A stretch of DNA of 64,000 nucleotides, from positions 32,001 to 96,000 of the forward strand of contig OY760183.1 of assembly GCA_963663275.1 (NCBI GenBank). The letters run 5' to 3'. Under the pieces are notes generated by a model. It had not been told where the DNA came from. It made no database searches and was given only the letters and a program-made list of their open reading frames with translations. This document shows, one piece after another, positions 1 through 9,458 of the stretch. Both the position numbers and the translations under genes were made by a program. Source of the DNA: Chloroflexota bacterium (GTDB lineage Bacteria; Chloroflexota; UBA11872; VXOZ01). Within the stretch, counting starts at the first letter, position 1, and each line of letters begins with the position of its first letter.

Positions 1-104
1 TGGTTCAACGCTAACACTCTCCTTGAGAATGAGTGTGCTAGAATCGCACCAAAGTGTCGCCAGCGGTCCCGGTCCGGCGCGCGGCAGCCTGCAAGGGGGA
101 ACAC

Positions 105-488
105 ATGGCCAAACTGAGCATATTCGTGAGTTTCGAGTTCGACAAAGACAACGACCTCAGGGACAATTTCTACGCCCAGGCCAAAGGCAAGTCACCGCAT
201 CGGGTGCGCAATTGCTCGCTGAAAGAGGCGTATCCAACCGAGGCATGGAAGAAGAAGGCGAGAGAAGCCATCAAGGCGTGCGACGTGGTCGTCGTCCTGG
301 TCGGCGAGGACACGCACAACGCGCAAGGCGTCATAGTGGAAACGGACATGGCGCGCAACATGGAGAAGCCGATCATCCAGATCAGGCCGCAGCGCACGAC
401 ATTCACCGGGCTAAAGCATCTCGAACAGCCAATTGCGTGGCGGTGGAAGACCATCAACGCCAAGCTGGATGAAGTAGCGCCGCGCTAA
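105..488 (+). CDS. TIR-like domain protein (DUF1863/MTH538, Thoeris ThsB-like)
   Basis: IFVSFEFDKD start, 'IKACDVVVVLVGEDT', conserved Glu in 'GVIVETDMA', 'KPIIQI'; AAGGGGGA RBS before ATG 105; TGnTAGAAT extended -10 near 36-44. Confidence 0.75.
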   Translation: MAKLSIFVSFEFDKDNDLRDNFYAQAKGKSPHRVRNCSLKEAYPTEAWKKKAREAIKACDVVVVLVGEDTHNAQGVIVETDMARNMEKPIIQIRPQRTTFTGLKHLEQPIAWRWKTINAKLDEVAPR

Positions 489-537
489 CGCTGAGCCGCC
501 CTGCTTCACCGACGCATTGCGGAGAGAGGACTACGTG

Positions 538-975
538 ATGGCGAGCGCAAATCCGGACTTCGAATCCGCCGCCGTACAGACCCATCTCACCATCATGCAG
601 GACGTGATACAACGCATGGCGGAGAACAGCCGCTCGTGCAAGGTATGGTGCATTACGCTGGTTTCCGCGATCCTTGTCTTGTCAGCGCAGACCGGCGCCG
701 GGCAGCACGCCTTGATCGCGTTTGCCCCCGCTCTCCTCTTCGCCTCGCTCGACGCCTACTATCTGGCCTTGGAACGCGGCTTCCGCAATGCCTACGACGA
801 GTTCATAAGCAAACTGCATAGCGGCAAGCTACCTGCCTGCCGCCTCTACGTCGTCGCGCCAAGTGAACCCGCCCGCAAGCTGTTCTGTCACAGCCTGCGA
901 TCCTTTTCGATCTGGCCCTTTTACCTCATGGTGGCAATCATGGCGATCTTTGCCTGCTGGCTCATTTCTTCTTGA
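538..975 (+). CDS. Small ~3-TM membrane protein, putative TIR-associated effector
   Basis: HLTIMQDVIQRMAENS..KVW, LDAYYLALERGFR motifs, three hydrophobic segments; GAGAGG RBS; 49 bp after the TIR gene. Confidence 0.65.
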   Translation: MASANPDFESAAVQTHLTIMQDVIQRMAENSRSCKVWCITLVSAILVLSAQTGAGQHALIAFAPALLFASLDAYYLALERGFRNAYDEFISKLHSGKLPACRLYVVAPSEPARKLFCHSLRSFSIWPFYLMVAIMAIFACWLISS

Positions 976-1077
976 CGCTGCCACGAGCGGAATCTATGCA
1001 GACTTGTCGTAGTGGCCTTATATTGGTGAAATCACAAGGTACTTACCCCTGCGAGAGGCAGCGAAAAGGAGACGCCG

Positions 1078-1518
1078 GTGGCTGAGTCGCTCGATGACAT
1101 CAAGGATCGCTATGAGGCGCTGGACCTGCAATTGGAGGTTGCCGGCGAGGATGCCATAGACCCCTCGTTCTTGCTGGTGTTCCCCTATGAGTACGACGGC
1201 AATCCCGCCGAGATCGTGGTGAAGACCCATGAGTTTACGGCGGTCTGTCCCTGGACCGGCCTGCCGGACACCGGCGAACTGGCGATTTCGTACGTGCCGG
1301 ACGCGCACTGCATCGAGCTCAAATCGCTCAAGTACTACCTGCTCACGTATAGGCAGGTGGGCATCGTGCAGGAACACGCCGCCGGCCGCATTCTGGACGA
1401 CCTCGCGCGGGCGTGCAAACCCCGCACGATGACCGTGCGCCTGGACTATACGCCGCGCGGCGGACTGCACACCGTGGTGACGGCGCGGTATCCGCCAGAA
1501 GACCCTGCCGGAGATTAG
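1078..1518 (+). CDS. queF: NADPH-dependent 7-cyano-7-deazaguanine (preQ0) reductase
   Basis: EFTAVCPWTGLPD, QueF motif ELKSLKYYL, QEH, PRGG; AAGGAG RBS before GTG. Confidence 0.92.
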   Translation: MAESLDDIKDRYEALDLQLEVAGEDAIDPSFLLVFPYEYDGNPAEIVVKTHEFTAVCPWTGLPDTGELAISYVPDAHCIELKSLKYYLLTYRQVGIVQEHAAGRILDDLARACKPRTMTVRLDYTPRGGLHTVVTARYPPEDPAGD

Positions 1519-1520
1519 CT

Positions 1521-1818
1521 GTAGGGGCGGTCCGCGAACCGCCCCTACGCACCGTTAGGAAGCACGCAGCACGTGACTCCCCACATCTCTGGTGGCGCAA
1601 ATGCGCAACCTGTGACGCTGTAGGGTCAATCCTTTGCTCGCCGTTTGCTGGTCCGGCGGGGGACAAGCCCCCGCGCTACGGGATTGCCTGGCATGGCGTA
1701 GGGACGGTTCGTGAACCAATGCTGTCGCAGTCGTTTGTTCGCCCTCCGGCGGGGGACAAGCCCCCGCGCTACGGGATTGCCTGGCACGGTGTAGGGGCGG
1801 TTCGCGAACCGCCCCTAC
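1521..1818. repeat. REP-like palindrome cluster between convergent queF and yhhQ
   Basis: GTAGGGGCGGTYCGCGAACCGCCCCTAC at 1521-1548 and 1791-1818; GGCGGGGGACAAGCCCCCGCGCTAC twice (~1655, ~1748). Confidence 0.85.
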
Positions 1819-1910
1819 GTGCCGCAAGGCATCGCGCCGCTCCTGATATTCCGCGTCTCCGACGGCGTGGGATTCAATTGCAATCGCTGAAACTTTCGCG
1901 GGTGCGATGC

Positions 1911-2657
1911 TTAGGCCTCTTCCGCGGCGTTCACGCTGGTTGCCGGGTCGCCGCCGAAGATGCCGAACGGATTGAGCGAGCCGGGCGCGTCGTAGACGTC
2001 CATGCGCTCCGTGCGTTTGAGCCAGCCCACCACCAGGTAGGTCAGCGGCGTCGCGACGATTTCGTAGACCGTCTTGGCGATCCACGCCAGTATCATCGCG
2101 CGCAGCACTTCCTGCGCGGGCCAAATTCCGGATAGGCCGAACGCGATGCCGTAGAACATGACCGAATCGACGCCCTGGCCGACGAACGTAGACGAAATAG
2201 TGCGCAGCCATAGGTGGCGGCCGGCCGTGCGGTTCTTGAGCACCACCATCACCATGGCGTTGGCGAACTCGCCGATCAGGTACGCCGTGAAGGAGCCCGC
2301 CAGGATCCAGCCGGTAGTGCCCAGAATGACCACGTAGGCGTCCTGGTTTTCCCAAAAGACGGCGCCGGGGATGATGCCGCCAAGCCAGAAGAAGACGACC
2401 ATGAGCAGGTTGCAGGCGAAACCCAGCCAGATCACGCCGCGCGCCACCCGGAAGCCGTACACCTCGGTCAGCACGTCGCTGATGATGTAGCTCAGCGGGA
2501 AGCAGATGACCGACACGGACACCACGAAACCCGTGCCGCCCAGGAACTCGAACGGCAGGTCGAAGAGCGAGAGCGGCTTGGCGGCAATCACGTTGCTGAC
2601 CAGCAGCACGGTGACCGCTACCGCGGCGATGATGACGAGCTTGCCGGAAAACCGCAT
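1911..2657 (-). CDS. yhhQ: Queuosine precursor transporter (YhhQ/Vut_1 family)
   Basis: SNVIAAK, FPLSYIISDVLTEVYG, LWLRTISSTFVGQGVDS motifs; adjacent to queF. Confidence 0.88.
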   Translation of the reverse strand: MRFSGKLVIIAAVAVTVLLVSNVIAAKPLSLFDLPFEFLGGTGFVVSVSVICFPLSYIISDVLTEVYGFRVARGVIWLGFACNLLMVVFFWLGGIIPGAVFWENQDAYVVILGTTGWILAGSFTAYLIGEFANAMVMVVLKNRTAGRHLWLRTISSTFVGQGVDSVMFYGIAFGLSGIWPAQEVLRAMILAWIAKTVYEIVATPLTYLVVGWLKRTERMDVYDAPGSLNPFGIFGGDPATSVNAAEEA

Positions 2658-2810
2658 AGTTCTTCTGCCCCTTTCGCGCCGGTGGGTAGGACGTTCCGCA
2701 GTGTCGCAGGCAGTATAGTGCAAGACGCGCCGCCGGTTCAAGGCGCAGCGCGCTAACGCAGGCGCGCGTCCGTTGGCGGGGTCGCGCTTGGCAAAGCGGG
2801 AACGGGCTTA

Positions 2811-3007
2811 GAGCCTGTTTACGATCTGCTTAGGGGAGAGTTTTCAAAGCCGATAAAGACCGTTCGTGCTGAGCACTTCGGCAAGCTCAGTACAGGCCTG
2901 TCGAAGCATGAACGGGCTATTCGCCACCTTTCGGCGGTTCCGTTCACCCTTCGACGCGGTTCAGGGCGAACGGTCCTCGTGCTTACAAGACGATCGTAAA
3001 CAGTCTC
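2811..3007. mobile_element. MITE (197 bp), IS5-like ends, carrying REP hairpins
   Basis: TIR GAGCCTGTTTACGATC / GATCGTAAACAGTCTC (1 mismatch); TTA direct repeat on both flanks; no transposase. Confidence 0.7.
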
Positions 3008-3157
3008 TTAGGAAAAACGGGGCCGCGCCGGGAAAGCGGCAAAGGCATAGCGGCTTGCCCGCCTCATAGAATCGCGCCGCGCGCGAACGTAGTATGCTGG
3101 AAGGCGCGGGTCGAGCAACGGCGCGCGAATGCCTAGCGAACGCGGGAGGCTGACAAC

Positions 3158-4765
3158 GTGGACATAGATTCCGGCCTGGTCGGACATTGGATGCTGGAAG
3201 AGGATGCCGACGATCGCTCCGGCAGCGGCAATCACGGCCACATCACCGGCGCGGTAACGTTCGCGCCGCCCGTTCCGCTCGGCGGCGGTCCGGGCGCGGC
3301 TCAATTCGACGGGCGCGGCGGTCGCATTACCGTTCCACATAACGAGACACTGGACGTAGGCGCGGGGGATTTCTCAATCGCGGTCTGGGTTAATGCGAAT
3401 CGCGTTACCAAAGATGTGCCCGGCGACATTTTGAGCACGTTCTGCCCGGACACGCGGCGCGGCTTCAACTTCGGCATCCAATCCGCCGCGGGCGTCGGTT
3501 CGTCGCAGTCGAATTGGCGCAACGTCTTCTTTGGCATCGATAACGCTCAGGTGGAGCCGGTGTGGACCAACCACGGCCGGCCCGGCAATGCGGTCTACGC
3601 CATGGCGCTGGCGGTCCATGATGGCGCGCTCTACGCCGGCACGTACGAAGGCGGCGCGGGCGAAACGGGGCACGTCTATCGTTTCGCCGGCGGCGCGGAC
3701 TGGGAAGATTGCGGCGCGCCCGCCGGCTGCAACGCCGTGAGCGCCCTCGCCGAGTACAATGGCGATCTCTACGCGGCGGTGAGTTGCTACCGCGCCCAGG
3801 GCTCGGCGCAACCGAATTCGCCGAACCAACGGCCGGGCGGCAACGTCTACCGCTACGCCGGCGGTACCGAGTGGGTGGACTGCGGCCAACTGGGGAACGC
3901 CACTGACGTTTTCGGCCTGACGGTCTTCAACGGCGAACTCTACGGCTCCGCCATGTACTCGGCGGGCATGTTCCGCTACGCCGGCGGCAAGACCTGGCTG
4001 CCGTGCGGCGACCCAGGCACGCGGGTGGCGGTGCTGGGCGTCTTCCAGGGCGGGCTCTACGCCAGCGGCTACGACGTGGGCGGCGTCTTCCGCTACGAGG
4101 GCGACCAACGCTGGTCTTTTTGCGGCAACGCGGGCGCTTCCACCCAGCTTTACTCGTTTGCCTCCTACCAAGGCCAACTGCATACCGGCGTCTGGCCCAG
4201 CGGCTCCGTCTACCGCACTGAGGACGGCCGCGCGTGGCTCGACTGCGGCCGCCTGGACGAGGAACTGGAAGTGATGGGCATGATGGTCTATAACGGCAAA
4301 CTCTACGCCGGCACGCTGCCCGCCGCTCGCGTCTACCGCTACGACGGTGAGGGGAACTGGGTCTCCACCGGCCAGCTCGACACCACGCCGGACGTGCGCT
4401 ACCGCCGCGCCTGGACGATGGCGGTCTACCAGGGCCGCCTCTTCTGCACGACGCTGCCGTCCGGCAACGTGCTCTCGCTGGAGGCCGGCAGAAACGTCAC
4501 CCACGACCACGCCCTGCCCGCCGGCTGGCATCACCTCGCCGCCGTCCGTGAGGGCGGGCTGCTGCGCCTCTACGTGGACGGCGCGCTGGTAGCAGTGTCC
4601 GCGTCCTTCAACGCCGCCGATTACGACCTCACACTAGAAGAGCCGCTGCAATTCGGCGCCGGCCAAATCGGCCCCTTCAGCGGCAGCCTCTCCGACGTGC
4701 GGCTCTACAACCGGGGGCTGAGCGACACGCAAGTCGCGGCGATCTTTGCAAGACAGCGTATGTGA
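3158..4765 (+). CDS. LamG-like jellyroll protein with an inserted 7-blade beta-propeller
   Basis: N-terminal GLVGHWMLEE..FDG..FSIAVWV and C-terminal WHHLAAVR..LYVDG..LSDVRLYNRGLS; seven GxLY...VYRYxGxxxWxxCG repeats between them. Confidence 0.75.
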   Translation: MDIDSGLVGHWMLEEDADDRSGSGNHGHITGAVTFAPPVPLGGGPGAAQFDGRGGRITVPHNETLDVGAGDFSIAVWVNANRVTKDVPGDILSTFCPDTRRGFNFGIQSAAGVGSSQSNWRNVFFGIDNAQVEPVWTNHGRPGNAVYAMALAVHDGALYAGTYEGGAGETGHVYRFAGGADWEDCGAPAGCNAVSALAEYNGDLYAAVSCYRAQGSAQPNSPNQRPGGNVYRYAGGTEWVDCGQLGNATDVFGLTVFNGELYGSAMYSAGMFRYAGGKTWLPCGDPGTRVAVLGVFQGGLYASGYDVGGVFRYEGDQRWSFCGNAGASTQLYSFASYQGQLHTGVWPSGSVYRTEDGRAWLDCGRLDEELEVMGMMVYNGKLYAGTLPAARVYRYDGEGNWVSTGQLDTTPDVRYRRAWTMAVYQGRLFCTTLPSGNVLSLEAGRNVTHDHALPAGWHHLAAVREGGLLRLYVDGALVAVSASFNAADYDLTLEEPLQFGAGQIGPFSGSLSDVRLYNRGLSDTQVAAIFARQRM

Positions 4766-4855
4766 AGCGAGGGTCCGAGACTGTGCAGGCCCACCAACTG
4801 CCTGACGGACCAGGCTGCGCCCGCGTGCCAAATAGGGCAGTACGGTCGATCGTCG

Positions 4856-5239
4856 TTACGTCTGCATTATCTGGATCAGGTTGCCGCAGGTGTCGTCAAA
4901 GACCGCAATAGTGGCGGCGCCCAAATCTGTTGGCTCCATCGTAAAAGCTACGCCCAGTGACTTCAGTTTCTCATACTCTGCATGGATGTCCGTAACGCCA
5001 AAGGAATTCGCTGGGATGCCTTGGTCGAATAACCCTTTCTGATATGCTTGTGCTACCGGGTTTTCATTTGGTTCAAGCAGAAGCTCGGTCCCATCCGGGT
5101 TATCGGGCGAGACGACGGTAAGCCACCTGTATTCCCCCGCAGGCACGTCATGCTTCTTCACAAAGCCGAGGGTTTCTGTATAAAACCTCAGGGCTTCGTC
5201 CTGGTCACTTACGAAAACGCCGGTGAGTATAATGCGCAT
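4856..5239 (-). CDS. VOC/glyoxalase family protein
   Basis: VSDQDEALRFYTETLGF, RWLTV, FDDTCGNLIQI. Confidence 0.88.
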   Translation of the reverse strand: MRIILTGVFVSDQDEALRFYTETLGFVKKHDVPAGEYRWLTVVSPDNPDGTELLLEPNENPVAQAYQKGLFDQGIPANSFGVTDIHAEYEKLKSLGVAFTMEPTDLGAATIAVFDDTCGNLIQIMQT

Positions 5240-5266
5240 ATCTGGCCTCCTCTTCTTCTCATAGTG

Positions 5267-5539
5267 TCACTTGAGCCATCGATTCATGACACCCCTGATC
5301 GGTTCATCGTTGAAGACAAGCATCCGATACTTGCCACGCTTCTCTGAGCGTACGAGCCCTGCCTTCTCTAACACATCGATGTGCTTGGCTATGGCCTGCC
5401 GGGAGATGGCGACTTCATGCCGCACGATCAAGCGCGCCGTGAGCTCGTAAAGCGTCTGCTCCTTGCGCTCACAGAGCTCGTCGAGCATCAACCGCCGTGT
5501 TGGATCCGCGAGCGCCCTGTAGACCAAGTCTGTGTGCAT
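5267..5539 (-). CDS. ArsR/SmtB family transcriptional regulator
   Basis: YRALADPTRR, ISRQAIAKHIDVLEKAGLVRSEKRG. Confidence 0.85.
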   Translation of the reverse strand: MHTDLVYRALADPTRRLMLDELCERKEQTLYELTARLIVRHEVAISRQAIAKHIDVLEKAGLVRSEKRGKYRMLVFNDEPIRGVMNRWLK

Positions 5540-5547
5540 GCGCGCAT

Positions 5548-5577
5548 ATAATACACAACCATACGGTTGCATGTCAA
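5548..5577 (-). promoter_or_regulatory. Sigma70 promoter with overlapping operator for the arsR-VOC operon
   Basis: TTGACA-18 nt-TATTAT on the minus strand; palindrome CAACC-ATAC-GGTTG in the spacer; ATG only 8 nt downstream of the -10 box. Confidence 0.7.
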
Positions 5578-6014
5578 GGGAAGATTCTCCCGCCTGGCAG
5601 GAACCACATTCCCAGCCACTTGCAGGATTGGGTGAAGACATGGAACCAGCTAAGCTGGAATTGGAAGAGCTCCAAATCTAGTGGGCGGAGGGCTGGTGAA
5701 TGTCTATTCGGGGCTGATAGGCGCCTTCCTCACATAACGAACTCCCAGCAAGAAGTTCGCAATTCAGTCTTGGCAGTCCCACCCGCTCCCACCCGGCGCG
5801 GCGCCGCCGGAAGCCCTCTATTGCTCTTTTGAGGTTGGCGCGGTCCTGCGCCGGGGCGGGGACTAGATGCGCCACCGGCTTCCCGTGCCGGGCTATGGCA
5901 ACAGTCTCCCCACGCTCGACCTCGCGTTAAGCCCAATAGGGCGCGCCCGGGCTGGCTTCACCGGGGAATGGTCGCCACACTGGGCAAACCGTTAATTGCA
6001 TTGTTTGCCCGGTC

Positions 6015-7325
6015 TCACCCTTCGGCTGGCGCCGCGCGCAAGCGCGCCAGCGGCTTGTCATCGATTGGCAGGTGCACCAGGGCGGCGAATATGCCGAAGC
6101 CGACGCCGGCCCACCACATGGCGTCATAGGAGCCGGTTTGGTCGTAGAGCAGCCCGCCCAGCCACACGCCCAGAAAGCTGCCCACCTGATGGCTCAGGAA
6201 GACGATGCCGAACAGGGTGGCCATGAACCGCAGCCCGAATATCTGCGCCACGATTCCGGTGGTGAGCGGCACGGTGGAAAGCCACAGTAGTCCCATCGAG
6301 GCCGCGAAGAGGTAGACGGTCAACTCGTTGGCCGGCGCCAGCAGTAGTCCGAAGATGATACACGCCCGGCCGAAATAGATGGCGGAGAGACCGTACTTCT
6401 TGGAGTAACGTTGCCCAAACGCGCCCGACAGCAGCGAACCGCAGATGTTGAACAGGCCGACCAGCGAGAGCGCATACGCGCCCGCCCGCGCCGAAAGGCC
6501 GAGATCGGTAACGTACGTGGGGAAGTGCGCGGTGATGAACGCGACGTGGAACCCGCACACGAAGAAACCCGCCGTGAGGAGCACGTAACTCCGCTGGCGC
6601 ATTGCCTCGCCCAGGGCGTCTGCCAAGCTCTGGTCCGTGGCCGGTTCCGACCGCGATTGCGTGCCGCGCGGCAGGCTGAACGCCAGCGGCACCACCACCA
6701 AGGCGACGACGGACATTACCAGCAGGGAGTCGAACCAGCCGTAAGTGGCTATCAGGGTCTGATTGATGGGCGAAAAGAGCACCTGGCCCATGGAACCCGC
6801 GGCGGTGCCCAGCCCCAACGCCAACGAGCGCCGCTCCGGCCCGATATTCCGGGCAATGGCCGCCAACACCAGGGAGAACGAGCAGAAGGCCACGCCCAGC
6901 CCCACCAGAATCCCGCCGGTCAGGTAGAGCGCCGGCCCGCTGTCGGAGAGCGCCATACCGACCACACCGGCAGCGTATACCGCCGCCCCCAAGGCGACGA
7001 TCCTGGCCGTGCCGAACCGGTCCGCAATCGCGCCGGCCACTGGCACGCCCATGCCCCACACGAGATTCTGGAGCGCCAACGCCAGGGAAAAGGTTTCCCG
7101 CGACCAGCCGTGCTCGCTCGTCATCGGCTCCAAATAGAGGCCGAAACTCGACCGGATGCCGAACCCGATAAGCAAAATCAAACACGCCGCCGCGATCACC
7201 GCCGTCACGGCAGTGCGTCCGGGAGAATGGTTTGCGGAGGCTTGGCTCAAGAGAACTGGCTCTGCGGCAGCTTTGTAAGGTGGCGTGCGCGATAGACGGG
7301 CGTTCGCGGACGGAGGCTTACCCAA
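6015..7325 (-). CDS. MFS transporter (true start probably ~100 bp downstream of 7325)
   Basis: About 12 hydrophobic helices, GAIADRFG motif A, HQVGSFLGVWLGG. Confidence 0.85.
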   Translation of the reverse strand: MGKPPSANARLSRTPPYKAAAEPVLLSQASANHSPGRTAVTAVIAAACLILLIGFGIRSSFGLYLEPMTSEHGWSRETFSLALALQNLVWGMGVPVAGAIADRFGTARIVALGAAVYAAGVVGMALSDSGPALYLTGGILVGLGVAFCSFSLVLAAIARNIGPERRSLALGLGTAAGSMGQVLFSPINQTLIATYGWFDSLLVMSVVALVVVPLAFSLPRGTQSRSEPATDQSLADALGEAMRQRSYVLLTAGFFVCGFHVAFITAHFPTYVTDLGLSARAGAYALSLVGLFNICGSLLSGAFGQRYSKKYGLSAIYFGRACIIFGLLLAPANELTVYLFAASMGLLWLSTVPLTTGIVAQIFGLRFMATLFGIVFLSHQVGSFLGVWLGGLLYDQTGSYDAMWWAGVGFGIFAALVHLPIDDKPLARLRAAPAEG

Positions 7326-7353
7326 GGTCTAAAATCGGCACACCGCGAATCGC

Positions 7354-7746
7354 CTAGTCCAGAGCGGCTATCGCGTCGATTTCCACCAGCCAATCCGTAG
7401 ACGCCAGGGAGCCGATTTGCACCATGGTGGCGGCCGGGAAGGGGGGCTTGAGGATTTCGTTGCGCACCATGGTGATGGTTTCCCGGAAGCGGATGTCGGT
7501 GACGTACATGTTCATGAAGACGACGTTGTCGAACGTCGCGCCGCCGGCTTCCAGGAGCGACTGGATGTTGGCGAACACCTGGCGCACCTGCACCTCGATG
7601 TCGCCCGCGCCGACGATGCTGCCGTCGCCGGCCGTCGGCCCCTGGCCGGCAATGTAGAGCATCTCATTGGCTTGCACGCGCAGGGCCATCGAATACGGCG
7701 CGGCAGGCTGCGACATGCCCGCGCCCAGCAACGGTTCTTTCTTCAT
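7354..7746 (-). CDS. RidA/YjgF family protein
   Basis: PYS, LYIAGQ, FANIQSLLEAGG, LVEIDAIA. Confidence 0.88.
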   Translation of the reverse strand: MKKEPLLGAGMSQPAAPYSMALRVQANEMLYIAGQGPTAGDGSIVGAGDIEVQVRQVFANIQSLLEAGGATFDNVVFMNMYVTDIRFRETITMVRNEILKPPFPAATMVQIGSLASTDWLVEIDAIAALD

Positions 7747-8147
7747 GGTGTCTGCTCCTCTGCTCTCTTGATACTGTCATGGTTGTGCACACAACGGGCA
7801 TTATAGCCGCTGTGCCGGCATTCTCCAAGAGATGCGGCCGCGCGCCGGACAATGCGCGCACATTGGGCAGGTGGAGCGCTTTGAGCTTTGCATGGCTCAC
7901 GCCGGCGGTTAGTGCGACCGCATTGGGGCAATGCTGTCGCATGAGGCTATCGAGCACTGTACTACCCGTTCGTGCTGAGCCTGTCGAAGTATGAACGGGT
8001 AGTACAGTGCGGCACGATCGACCCGCCGCTCATCCCTTTCTCAAGATTCGGTGAAACGGCGGCATGCATTGCAAGTCAACGCGGCGCCACCGCAGCGTTG
8101 CCCCCTCACCCCGGCCCTCTCCCCAGGGAGACCTTTGCATAACTCTG

Positions 8148-9158
8148 TCATTCCGGCGAAAGCCGGAAGGTGGATTCACATTTCAAGTGCAACACCTGGT
8201 TGATGAATACTTCGGCTGGCGTTTGGAAGTCAAGACACTTGCGCGGGGTGTGGTTGTAGGCGTGGACCAGTTGCGCAAAGCGTTGTTGGCTCACCTGTGC
8301 CAGGTCGGTCTTGCGCGGCAGCCGGCGCCGCAGGCGGCCGATGGCGTTCTCGATGCCCCCTTTCTGCCAGGGCGAGTGGGTATCGCAGAAGAAGGTTTGG
8401 ATGCCCAAGTCATGGAGGCGGTAATGCTGTGCGAACTCCGTGCCATTGTCGAACGTGACGGTCTGGCTGCACGCTGGGGGCAGCGCGGCGAACAGGTCGT
8501 GCAGGATAGTGGCGATCGGCGCTGCCGCCTTGCCGGGCGGTCGCGCGGCCAGCAACAGGCGCGAGTGGCGCTCGTGCAGGGTCAAGACTGCTTGACCGTA
8601 GGTGCGAAAGAGCATCAGGTCCGCCTCCCAGTGGCCGGGCGTTTGGCGGTCTGCCGCCGCCTGGGGCCGTTCTGCCAGCGGTCGGCGCTGGGCAATGAAC
8701 GAGGCCGGACTGCCGCCCTTTCGCCCGCGCCAGCCCCGTTTGGACTTGGCGCGCGGCAGGTAATGCCGCCAGTTACCGTCCTTCGTGCGCGCCTGCTGCC
8801 CGTAGATGAAGCGATAGATGGTCTCGTGAGAGACGACCGGCGCGCCGTTCTCCCGCGCCAAACGTCCGGATACCTGCTCCGGCGACCAACAATCCCGCAA
8901 GTATCCCAACACCACCTCCCGCAACTCGGCATCCCGCTCCAGCTTGCTGCCGCGCCAGCACCGCGCCCACGCCTGATCATCGGCATACTTTGGCTCATAG
9001 CCTGCCGATTGCGATCCATTTCGTTTCACCTCCCGCGAAATCGTCGATGGCGCGCGACCCAGAGTTGCAGCGATTTGCCGGTGCGAGGTTCTCGCGGTGA
9101 GAAGTCGGGCAATTTCACACCGCTCTTCAATGGTAAGTTGTGTGTATTGTTTTCCCAT
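8148..9158 (-). CDS. IS30-family DDE transposase
   Basis: HTH 'IAATLGRAPSTISREVKRN', WSPEQ, ETIY, GHWEAD, TFDNGTEF, PWQKGGIEN, PRKCL. Confidence 0.95.
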   Translation of the reverse strand: MGKQYTQLTIEERCEIARLLTARTSHRQIAATLGRAPSTISREVKRNGSQSAGYEPKYADDQAWARCWRGSKLERDAELREVVLGYLRDCWSPEQVSGRLARENGAPVVSHETIYRFIYGQQARTKDGNWRHYLPRAKSKRGWRGRKGGSPASFIAQRRPLAERPQAAADRQTPGHWEADLMLFRTYGQAVLTLHERHSRLLLAARPPGKAAAPIATILHDLFAALPPACSQTVTFDNGTEFAQHYRLHDLGIQTFFCDTHSPWQKGGIENAIGRLRRRLPRKTDLAQVSQQRFAQLVHAYNHTPRKCLDFQTPAEVFINQVLHLKCESTFRLSPE

Positions 9159-9202
9159 GGCAACACCTTAGCAAAGTGTTGCACTTCGTTTGTGAGTCTA
9201 GG
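8169..9202 (-). mobile_element. IS30-family insertion sequence
   Basis: Imperfect TIRs GGATTCACATTTCAAGTGCAACAC / GTGTTGCACTTCGTTTGTGAGTCT; GAA duplicated at 8166-8168 and 9203-9205. Confidence 0.85.
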
Positions 9203-9458
9203 GAATCCAGACCGCATTTACAACTAAAAATAGCTTGTTTTCAATCCTTTGCACCCCCATCCCAACCTTCCCCCTCAATGGGGAAGGGGTTATGCAAAGG
9301 TCTCCAGGGGAGAGGGAGTCCCGTTGCGCCATTGGACGCGAAATTCAAAGTTCGCAGGAGGAAAGGGACGTGACCGCAAGCGCGCCGAAATTGGTACCAT
9401 GCGGAGTAGCGCGCGTCTACGGCGGCGCGCGCTGGCAATGCACATCAGGAGTATGACA

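Larger units (their letters stand above)
8128..9304. mobile_element. MITE-A (140 bp core) interrupted by IS30 and inserted in a CCCTCTCCC..GGAGAGGG hairpin
   Basis: Perfect 16-bp TIR GAGACCTTTGCATAAC / GTTATGCAAAGGTCTC; CAGG duplicated at 8124-8127 and 9305-9308; related copies at 35947-36085 and 42993-43289. Confidence 0.8.

Noticed and set aside
976-1077. preQ1 riboswitch upstream of queF
   Set aside because: No stem-loop plus A-rich tail of the preQ1-I type is visible
105-2657. TIR pair plus queF/yhhQ as one deazaguanine-linked defence system
   Set aside because: queF and yhhQ look like ordinary tRNA-modification genes; no dpdA/TGT, QueC or cyclase is present; adjacency alone is insufficient
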